From the human T2T-CHM13v2.0 reference genome, Homo sapiens, in assembly GCF_009914755.1 (NCBI RefSeq), contig NC_060935.1: a stretch of DNA of 64,000 bases; one strand, written 5' to 3'. This document shows positions 42,824-53,709 of this stretch, in pieces; within the stretch, counting starts at the first letter, position 1, and every line of letters begins with the position of its first letter. The position numbers and the translations under genes are program-made. Below the pieces are notes generated by a model that did no database searches, was not told the origin of the DNA, and saw only the letters and a list, made by a program, of their open reading frames with translations.

Positions 42824-44867
42824 CTAATTGATGTGATCCAAATAGTTTTGTTATTTTAGCATTTTCCTAGTTGATTGTTGGAATGTTGTAAACTTTAGAA
42901 TATATTTGTTTTTTAGGTATATATTTACTTAGTTGTAATATGGTCAAATCTGGAATTCTTCAGCTCTATACTTTAATTATTTAAGTCTTACTTGATAATA
43001 AAGCATATAGGTTTCATAATGTAGTCATCTTTAATAATTTGGCTGTGATTATATTCAGCAACCTATCAAATTGTAAAGAATCAGCAACAAAGCAAAAAGA
43101 GAGCTAGAATCCCACTGTAATGTAGCCTTTGGCATAAGGTAGACAGTACTGTGAGCTATGTAGCATATTTGCTGTTCTTGCACTGAGCAAATGACACTCT
43201 AACTTTTAAAAAAAAATTCCAAAGTCTCAAATAATTTCTAGACAAGTTTTAAAACTGCATTTGGATCATATCACAGTATATCGAAAAATTAAAGTGACCC
43301 AAGTAATTGCATTATACAAATGCCAAATACTATGTTCAGTTTGTTTCTTTTCATTATGTTGAACAATTATTTGACCATAGGTCCTCAAAAAGAATAGAGT
43401 TTTGTTCTATACCAACAAAAATCTATGCATCACAATTTGTAAAAGGGAAAAAGAAGAAGGTTTTTGTTGCTAGTGTGAATGAAACAAGGAGTGGCAGGAG
43501 GTGAGGTTGAGCGGTGAAATTGGGAGGGACAATGAGGATCCTTCTATAAAAATTTAAAGGAGCCACAGCTATATCCTAGAAGTAATGTGTGTTATCAAGT
43601 GATTTTAGAAAAGGATTTTACAAAATAAGCTCTCTTACTGAGAATCTTCTATGTGCTAGGCCCAGCAATGACCACTGAAAATGTACAGATTGAAGAAGTT
43701 TTACCTGCCCTAGCTTATAAGAAACAATGATAATCTAGTTTAAAAAATGCAACGATAGAAAAAAAATGCAGAGGATTTGGACCACATGCACTGCAACTAG
43801 CTTGAGAAAGGAGATGGGTATCACTGGGTTAGGCAGTGATATGTGTATATGATAGGTGATTAATTATTGAAAACCTTTTTTAAAACCCTCTAATAAAGAT
43901 ACATCTTTCTCACATTGAGTACAAATATATATTTGAGTCCAAAATATTGTTCTTAAAGATCAGTTTCTTAAATATGATAATATGTAAGTAACTCAGAACA
44001 ATGGCTGACTCATGGTTTGATCTCTAATAAAAATATATTAAAATCTTTGTACAACTTATGAGTGTTAAACCCAAATGTCATTTCTTGGGTTGTTATTAAT
44101 TAACTATTAGCAAGTCTTGATTGGAAGTCAAGCCTGATAATCTGAAAAGTAAACAGGAGAAACCCTTTCCTCAATTAATGGACACTAGAGCTACAATGGC
44201 CTCCTTTATTTCTTTCTCCAAGTCCCACTGCTTGAATATACCTCTTATATTAATGAACGATCTTTCTATCACTTAGTGCTGCCAAAATCCAATACCAAAA
44301 GCACCCAGCAGAAACCGCATCCCTAATCAAAACTGAGCGAATTATCATTCATTGATTCGGTCTTTTGTAGGAATGAGGCATACGTGGTGTTTTATTGATT
44401 TTGTCTTCAAAAGGCAGCATGGACATTAAGAAAGAAAAGGTTCTTTTTGAACATATTTGGTACTTTTGTTGTTGTTGCTGTTGTCATTGTTTAAAATCTC
44501 ACTCCAGTCTAAAACAGTTAAGATTTTGTGACCATGGCCAGGCTTAATTGGAAGACTCAGGACCTAAAACCAAAATTCCCCTGTATGAATCAATAACAGA
44601 GACAGAATTTTATTTAGAGAACAAACAGACAGCCCATTTCAAATGCTACGTTGTGTTAATTGGGTTGACAAAAGGCTGGAAACTGTTATTTAAAAATCCT
44701 AATTAATACTTGACATTTTTTAAAGAATGCAACAATTTACAAAGTTTACATATGCTTTTTAAATTTTAATCTTACAATTTCCTGTGGAGTGTGTTAGACA
44801 AGTATTAATAAATGACAAGTTTTGTAAGTGAAAGGACCAAAACCATTAATTAGAGCAAGTAGATGCT

Positions 44868-45062
44868 GGAGAGGCAATGTAACTATAGTGTAGGGGTTAC
44901 AAGCATGGACTCTGGAATGAAGCACACCAGGGGTTAAATTTTGACAATGTTACTATTGTATAACTACTGATTAATTGTAAGTTGATTACAATTCATTGTC
45001 TTTATCAGTACAATGACAATAACCATATCTATTTTACATGGTTGTTTTGAATACAAATTAGG

Positions 45063-45103
<41 letters not shown>

Positions 45104-45160
45104 TCACTGTTTAGTGCCTGAAAGAGAGTAAACATTCATCGAATGTCAACCAGTTTTATT
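44868..45160 (+). mobile_element. MIR with internal (TA)17
   Basis: ggttacaagcatggactctggaat start; TA run 45064-45097. Confidence 0.7.
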
Positions 45161-45222
45161 ACATGTGTCAAGATTCTAGTCTCTGATACCTACTTCATTG
45201 TTTTTATTTTACATTTTAGTAT

Positions 45223-45693
45223 TGTGGTAGGTAGACTACAAATTGATCAACAAAGATACCTGGTCCTAACCCATGGAACCTATAAATATTACCTTATTTG
45301 GAAAAATAACCTTTGCAGATGTGTTTAAGTTAGGGATTTTGTGATAGGAAGATTATTCTGGGTTACTTTAGTAGGCCTTTAATGTCATTACAAGTCCTTT
45401 TTTAAGAAAAAGGCAGAGGGAAATTTGATGTACAAACAGAGGACAAGGTGATATGAAGATGAAGGCAAGAATTGGAGTGACAGAGGCACGTACCAAGGAA
45501 TGCTAGCAGTCACTAGAAGGTGGAAGAGGCAAGGAATGGATGCTCCTATGGAGCATTTGGATGGAGTGTGGCCCTGCTGACACATTTGATTTCAGACTTC
45601 TGACCTCCAGAATTGTGACAAAATAAATATCTGTTGTTTTAAGCCACCAAGTTTGTAGTAGCTTGTTACAGTGGCAGTAGAAAACTAATATCA
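45223..45693 (+). mobile_element. MLT1C/D solo LTR
   Basis: accttatttggaaaaataacctttgcagatgtg...cctccagaattgtgac...aagccaccaagtttgt. Confidence 0.88.
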
Positions 45694-46071
45694 CTATACA
45701 TATTCATTAGCTTAATAACTTACTATATTTATTCTTATGTAGTATATTGATAACTAATATTAGAAGAGTAGCTTACCATTTTTTTTTAACATGTAGGATA
45801 GGCCAGTCAGCTTTTGATACGTCATTATCATTTCCCAACAATCCTAGGAAGCATTTCTCTTGGCAATGAGTTCTTTGAATATAGGGAACTAAAAAATTCT
45901 ATGTTAGCTGGTATCACTCCACCTGCTGTAGAGTGAGAGGGCTCTTTGAGGATGCAAATGGACCAGGTACACTTCAGCCCCAGGACATAAGGATTAATCA
46001 CTTATTCCTATGTTGTTCCTAGTTCACCTGCAATTGTATCTTCTTCTTATATATATAAATAAAAGAGATAC

Positions 46072-46447
46072 TACTTGAGACATTCAGATACAACTTGTAA
46101 TAATATGTATCAATACAGTCAGTTGAGTCTGAGATACCTTCAATACACTCTATCCTTTCACCTTAGTGACCATATTTTTGTTGGATAAAAATATCTGCTG
46201 ATGAATTGATATATAACCTTCAAATAAATTAGAAGCACTTATTTATTGTAAACCATCCTGGACTAACACCCTCAACTTACTTCGATTTACTCTAGATGTT
46301 GGATGTCATCTGGGTGTCTGAACTAGGGTAAAAAATCTTCAACCCAACAGATGACAGTTGGGTAGATAGGAAATGGCAGACTTCTGCTCAGAGGTGGCTA
46401 ACACTGTAACAGGTTCAGGTATTTTGAATAATATAAAGAAAATAATG
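46072..46447 (+). repeat. Local direct duplicate of 48093-48456
   Basis: manual alignment: about 21 substitutions and 3 small indels over about 365 bp. Confidence 0.97.
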
Positions 46448-46500
46448 AATTTTTGAAATTTTGATCTTTCACTCAAATCTTTGCCACTCTATGCAGCTGA

Positions 46501-46891
<391 letters not shown>

Positions 46892-46987
46892 GAATTTACT
46901 TTTTAAATCTAGCATGAGCTTAGTTATCACACAATTTTGATCAATATAACCTTATAACCTAAATTATTTTTTGAGTTTGATTGATTG

Positions 46988-47190
46988 CAACTTTCTGAGC
47001 TCAAGCAATCCTCTTGCCTTAGCCTCCTGAGTAGCGAAAACTAGAGGCACATGCGACCACACCTGGCTAATTTTTGGTAGCGATGAGGTTTTGCCATTTT
47101 GCTCAGGCTGGTGTCAAACTCCTGAGCTCAAGCAAATCACAGGCCTTGGCCTCCCAAAATGCCAAGAGGCATGAGTGACTGCGCCTGACT
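46988..47190 (-). mobile_element. AluJ fragment lacking its 3' end and tail
   Basis: ctcctgagctcaagcaa J-type motif in both arms. Confidence 0.85.
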
Positions 47191-47280
47191 TCATTTCAGT
47201 TTTAGATTGTTTAGAAGCCAGTGATTATACGCAATTATAGGAATCTAATAATACTGACACAACACCATATATTCAGCCCA

Positions 47281-47404
47281 CATGAACACTCACTGTGAAC
47301 TGGACTGTATACAAGGGTCCATTTTAAAATTTATCCTCAGGCCACCATATACCCTAATAGTAACATGAGGACATCATGGCCCTTTGGGTCTCCATATTAG
47401 GTGT
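47281..47404 (-). repeat. Inverted duplicate of 49268-49391 (ERVL protease-region sequence)
   Basis: reverse complement matches at 121/124 positions. Confidence 0.97.
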
Positions 47405-47606
47405 TTGGTTTTCTGTTCTTGTGTTAGTTTGCTGAAAATGATGGTTTCCCATTGTGGAGGAGAGTGTGGCGATTCCTCAAGGATCTAGAACCAGAAATAC
47501 CATTTAACCCAGCAATCCCATTACTGGGTATATACCCAAAGGATTATAAATAATTCTACTATAAAGACACATGCACATGTATGTTTATTGCCACACTGTT
47601 CACAAT
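47400..47606. mobile_element. L1PA7-like inversion junction (antisense 47400-47449, sense 47449-47606); no poly-A
   Basis: ggtgtttggttttctgttcttgtgttagtttgctg joined to ccattgtgga...gatctagaaccagaaatacc...ctgttcacaat. Confidence 0.9.
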
Positions 47607-47738
47607 TTGTGAAATTTTTATCTTTCAGAATTATGATTTTGAGAATTTACAATTTTAGAGATTTCGATATTTTGGGATTTCAACATTCAGAATTACGGCA
47701 TTCGGGATTGTATCTTTTGGGATTCTTACCCAAAACCC
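47607..47738. mobile_element. Solo terminal end of a Ricksha-like MULE/MuDR transposon
   Basis: gggatttcaacattcagaattacggcattcgggattgtatcttttgggatt...caaaaccc resembles the Ricksha terminal repeat array. Confidence 0.8.
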
Positions 47739-47795
47739 ATTTGTAGGCAATTTCAAAACAGAAAACTTCATCACTCTTTTACAGTGAAAATCAAT

Positions 47796-47893
47796 GTAGC
47801 ATAGCACTGATTAACAATATCAAGGTTGGTGCCACACACATCTGGATTCCAATTCCATCTTTGCCACTCTATGTACCTGAGAAAGCTCCCCAG
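47796..47893 (+). mobile_element. MIR 5' fragment
   Basis: gtagcatag...ctggattccaattccatctttgccact. Confidence 0.55.
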
Positions 47894-48479
47894 GTTTCTG
47901 AGATACACAAAGAATGTTAACAATTCTGCCTAGGAAAAGCTTCAGAACCCTCAACTTGCACTCAGGTACTTCTCACTGTCTTCTAAATGTGGGTTGAAGC
48001 AATGTGACAGACTAGGGAATTCTATGAAGACTGAAATCTACCTATCAATCACTACAGAAAACTATCCTGTATTAACACTCTGAATTCTGATTTACTTGAG
48101 ACATTCAGATACAACTTGTAATAATCTTCAACAATACAGTCAGTTGAGTCTGAGATACCTGCAATACAGTCTATTTCACCTCAGTTACCATATTTTTGTT
48201 GGACAAAAATATCTGCTGATGAATTGATATACAACCTTCAAATAAATTAGAAGCACTTATTTGTTGTAAACCATCTTGGACTAACACCCTCAACTTCGAT
48301 TTACTCTAGACGTTGGATGTTATCTGGGTGTCTGAACTAGGGTAAAATATCTTCAACAGATGACAGTTGGGTACATAGGAAATGCCTGACTTCTGCTCAG
48401 AGGTGGCTAACGCTGTAACAGGTACAGGTATTTTGAATAATATAGAGAAAATAATGTCTATAAAGAGGGAGAAGGAGGG

Positions 48480-50393
48480 AATTGCCTGGCTTTTGCTAAA
48501 TTGTATTGATGCCCTGCTTCCTGCAGAAGCAAAATGGGAAAGCAAAGGCTAATAATGGCTAAATAAGAGCCAGAGAGCTTCTGTGGTGGCTTATAGAGTC
48601 TCTCATCACCTATAGTGGAATCGTGGAAGCAGGTCCCTAGAGGGAAGAATCCCGTGTTGTCATGGCAAATACATAGCATGTAGTTTCCCAGGTTTTACCC
48701 AAGAGCACCTACAGCCAATTACTTAAGTTACATATACTGGTAAAAGGGGAATAATAAGACACTCTGAGGACTACAGAGCACAGGAACCAGCTATGGTTTG
48801 AATGTTTGGCCCCTCCTAAACTCATGTTAAAACTTAATCTCCTATATAACAGTATTAGCAGGCAGAGGTTTTAAGAGTGATTGGGTCATGAGGGCTTTCC
48901 TTCATAAATGTGAACCATTCGTAGATTAACAGATTAATGAATTAATGAGTTCATAGATTAATGAATTAATGGATTAATAGGCTAATGGATTAATGGATTA
49001 TCATGGGAGTGAATTAGTCATGAGAGTGTGTCTTGTTAAAAAAAGCCTGGTTGGCTCTCTCATGAGCTCCCTCACCATGTCTTGTTCTGTGTAGCCTCAG
49101 GACTGTGTAGAACATCCTCACCAGAAGAAGGCCCATATCAGGTGTAGCCCTTTGACCTTGGACTTCCCAGGCTCCAGAACTGTATTTTTTTTTTTAAATT
49201 TATCAATCACCCGGTCTCAGATATTCAGTTACAGCAATAAGAAACAGACAAAGATGGAGCCAAATTGACACCTAATATGGAGACCCAAAGGGCCATGATG
49301 TCCTCATGTTACTATTAGGGTCTATGGTGGCCTGAGGATAAATTTTAAAATGGGCCCTTGTATACAGTCCAGTTCACAGTGAGTGTCCATGAGCCCATCC
49401 AGTGGTTATATCCTCAGTCCCTGAGTGCATCATTGACATTCACTGACTTACCAGAGTAACCCTTACTTTAGGGACCTGCTCTGTGGAATAAGAACTATCA
49501 CTGCGAGGAAAGCCAAATGAAAACCTCTAATTGCCTTAACCTCACACACATACATACACATAAGTCAACAAAATAAATAAATAAATCAAACAAAAAACAT
49601 TTAATTTTTGAAGGAATGGTAGTCCTATCAACAAAGACCTAAACTGAGCAGGGATGGTGGGGACTATACTATATCTATTTAACTTTCCAGGCTGGCTCTT
49701 GTAGAAGCTAGATAGATCTATGAGATGGTAGAAGAAAAACCCTTCAAAGATTCATGAACTGGCTGCTTCAAATTACAGAGGGTCTAGAAGTCAAGGTACC
49801 CTCTCCAAAGTAAAAAAACAAATTGCTGTATCTTGCATGCCCCACAAAAAGGAAGAAGCATAGTGCCTGGCAGGTCTCTTTGAGTCATGGAGGCAATATA
49901 TTCCTAGAAATATTATTGACACAGAATGTTTTCAGCTTTGAGTGGGACCTGGAGAGTGAAAGGGCACTGTCATAGGCAGAACGACAGTACAGTCAGTCTT
50001 CCTTCTTGGGACATGTGATCTGTGAAATTAAATGTTTGTTAGAGGGGCCAAAGATAGAGATGCAGTATGGAGCTTGTAAAAAATTTCTGAAGGGGAGTCA
50101 CAATACACATCTTGGAAGTTTAAATAAGGCCATGCCTTCTGCAGCAAGGTGCTCCCAGAAACAGGTCTGTGCTCTCAGGGCACAGTAGAGTTAGATCACT
50201 TGACGAAGGTGCACAAAGTGACCATGCATTCAGAACTATCCTTTACTAGCTTTGCTTTGTTGTAATTTCCGAGTCATAAAGTCAGGTCATCTAAGCAGTA
50301 GTCCGTAGAAAAATGGGCTTGGTACAACTGTGAAAGAGCCCAAGAAGGACCAGTGCATACAACTAAGTTCTGTTAACGGACAGCTTAGACATC
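48480..50393 (+). mobile_element. ERVL-class internal remnant (gag end, pro, pol), interrupted by a MaLR LTR
   Basis: ggagacccaaagggccat (pro region), cagctttgagtgggacctggag and aaatgggcttggtacaa resemble HERVL pol; no intact ORF. Confidence 0.75.
48789..49256 (+). mobile_element. MSTC/MSTD-like solo LTR
   Basis: gctatggtttgaatgt...ttgaccttggacttccc...ggtctcagatattcagttacagcaa; TSD gaacc/gagcc. Confidence 0.88.
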
Positions 50394-52888
50394 CTAGTTG
50401 AGCAACTATCTGATTCAATGCTGCAGTTGCTGATTTTACATGCATGATATACATGCTAATGTCGTTGTAAACTCAAACTATTGATAACATAGTGCACTTT
50501 AATAGTTTTCATAAATCAGCATTTCTAAAGCATTGCCTTTAATTAAATATGTGTCCTTTCTTCCTTTTGATCATTTTCAGGACTGCATCTATTTGCACTC
50601 CCATTCCCTTACATAAAAATTATGAATGAGATAATAAAATATATATAGTAATGAATATAAATTCCCATTGAATTCTGGTAAAATCATTATGGATACTTTT
50701 ATAAAATTAAGATCAGTTTTAAAACCAAGTTTTTAAGAGGTCAGATAATGTTATGTATATATAGAGAAAGGAAAATAATGATAGAAATAGGTGAATAATA
50801 TATAATAATTTTATGTAATTGAATTAATAACCAGAGAAAAATTCAAAAACCACAAAGCAGTTATAAATCAAATTTAAATTTATTTAGTTTTCAAAGGTAT
50901 ACATGAATAGGAGATTGACTTGGCTAAGTCCTTATGTCTGGGTTAAATCACTGGACTGTTAGGCTTCTTACACAATATCACTAATGTGACTCAATGAATT
51001 AATATAATTTAGAAGCACAGAGAGCAGGACAATGTGTGCCACATGGATGGAAAACACATGAAGACAAAAGCATGTTCTGAGTTTTACCAATTCCATACCT
51101 CTCATTCCTCAAGCTCCGAATTTTGTATTTGCTAATAAAAGTAAATATCTGAAGATATAAAGCTGGCTTTCAATTGTGGACTTTTATAACAACTTCTATA
51201 AGCCATTATGAACTACCTCAGATTTAAGAGCCTATTTCTTCTAGTCCAGACACTAAATAGTTTTACTTGCTATATTGTTGGGTTTATGTAGACAATGCTG
51301 AAAGGAGACATTTCACAGCTCTGCATTAACAAAATGCTTATGCAAATAAAGATTATGACTTAGCAAAAGAGCCAAAGGGAACATAAAAAGGCTCATTGTG
51401 AGAATGCAGTCTGCTCCTACAGAGGCTAATTAGCAGAAGACCTCCAGACCTTTTGTGTCTTGGACACCAGAATGAGTATAATTTTTCTGGTGCACATTCA
51501 TTGGATGAGTTAGGTGCACTTACTAGTTCAATACTACAACAAGTTGTTGCCATCCTGGATTATGTTATTAGTACCCAGCCTGGCCTCATGTTTCTGTCAA
51601 CAATTGAAGAAAACTGAAATGACTGGGAGAAAAATACGTTGCAGTATCAAAATGACACTGTGTTTTTCATTGGCAGTGTAGTCCTCTATTGTCATGTGGA
51701 TAATCAATTCACATTCAAAGTTGGTCACTCTCTGCTAACACTCATGGCCACAGATGTTGTCGATGATCATAAATGAAGTCAATGCCTCTTAAAAATCTTG
51801 CCACACTCTATTTCTCAGTTACCTAATGTATCAGACCATTTGGACTGCCTTTTTAGTCATTAAGAATTTATAGTTTCCTGGGGTTCCCTGGGTAACCTTT
51901 CATTTTAAGAAAACAGAATTGGGAATTACAGTGTCTCAGAAATAGCTACCATTTCAAAAGCTAAAAGCTCATTTAAATTATGGAATGTGAAAATGTGAGT
52001 CCTAAAAATACCAACAATTTATATTTATGTGTAGAGTTTTAGTTAACTATAAAAAGATGCAGATTCTTTTTCAGAAGTGTAGGTGCAATTGATCATTGGC
52101 CCTTAACTCTGTTTCTTGACACTATAAGTGTAAAACTAATGTCATGATTTTTTTTTAAATAGAAGTCTCAGTGGATTATATCGTTTTACATTAATTCCTG
52201 CCTATATGTAAACGTTAAATGGACTTTGCTTAACTTCATATAATATCTTCTATGTTTACACTTTATAATTTCATGGGAAACTTGTTTCTTAGGTTCTGAA
52301 AACATAGCTTAACTTATCAAAAATTATTATGAAAGTGAAGACAATGAATTTTGTAAAAATCTTTGTTATATTCGAGGGTGGGAGGAATAATGTCTATAAG
52401 AAAACAAAAAAAATTGATGGTTAAAAACTCCAATTAACATACTAATAATTTTATAAATCAATACTTAGCAAACTAACTGACTTTATTGGATTAACTGAAT
52501 TGTTTAAACACATTGCCTTGTACCTGCATGCTTGATAGAGCCATACATCCCGTTCCTAGAGTGGTTAAAGTCATATTTCAGAAAATAATAAAGCAATGAA
52601 TATGAATATGGGGGTGAGATTTATCATAAAAAGAGTAGAAGTGATTGTATTTTAAAGGGATGTCCAAAGTCCTTTCACCTTTTTTTTTAATTCTCATAAC
52701 AGTCCAAGATAAACAAGGCAAGTATTTATAATATTTTCATAACAATTCACATATGCTGTAGATTAACACAGTAACTTAACACTTAGAAGATACAGATTCT
52801 TCTACCGACTGTGCCACAAATTAGATGTTTGACACACATAAACAGTTTCCCCTTCTTTGAAACTTTGCTTTACTCCTTTCATCTATAG

Positions 52889-53007
52889 CAGGGGTCCCCA
52901 GACTCCCGGCCCACAGACTGGTACCAGTCCATGCAGCAGGGGGTAAGCAGGGGCTAGGGAGCATCACTGCCTGAGCTCCACCTCCTGTCAGATCAGGGGT
53001 TTCCAAC
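52889..53007 (+). mobile_element. MER1B-like hAT 5' fragment
   Basis: caggggtcccca...actggtaccagtcc...gcctgagctccacctcctgtcagatcag. Confidence 0.85.
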
Positions 53008-53709
53008 AACGTATCTGAGCCACCAGCTAAACTTCATGAGAGAAAGCTTTTACACATACTCTTACTTACCACTCTTTTTTTCAGTTTCTTGGCATGTAAT
53101 AGACACTAAATTTGTTTAGAAACTTGTTCAATAGTGACTGGCTTGGTGATAGAGACACAATTATATCTCTTGACATCACTTTAGTCAGAATTTTTTGTTT
53201 TATTTATGAGATTACCATTAAGATGTATTTGTATTAAGAAATCTAATATTTAAATACAGTTTTGTAGATCTAGGCTGGATGATCTGTATGATCTTCTAAT
53301 TTTATATAAATGAGGTCTTTTGAAGGTTTTGCATGCCAAAGCTTTAAAAGCTAAAATAGGAATAGTATTGGAACCCAAGCTTCCTGACATGGTAGTCACA
53401 ACTTTTTAGATAATAAAACTACCCAAAATAATATTTCATTTAAAAAAGTGATTTTTCAGACCCTTTGAACTCTTCAAAGAACCAGAGAAATATACTATGA
53501 TGTTTAAAAACATGGTTTAAAGATAGTTATAGATTCCTAGACCAACTCTGTAACTTACAACTTGCTTGATTATTTAATATGTAAAATAAAAACAGTAATA
53601 ACATTTCCTTATGAGATTCTTGTGAAAATATAAATAATATAACAACAGATGTGTGCAAACTAAAAATCAATAAACTGGAAAATATATTAGAATTAATTAT
53701 TCTTAATAC

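Noticed and set aside
47607-47738. Regularly spaced GGGATT-like repeats as a CRISPR-like or novel array
   Set aside because: Explained by the subterminal repeat structure of Ricksha; the DNA is eukaryotic.
48093-48456. Duplicated segment as a processed pseudogene or NUMT
   Set aside because: No recognisable ORF, poly-A tail or mitochondrial similarity by eye; its origin remains unassigned.
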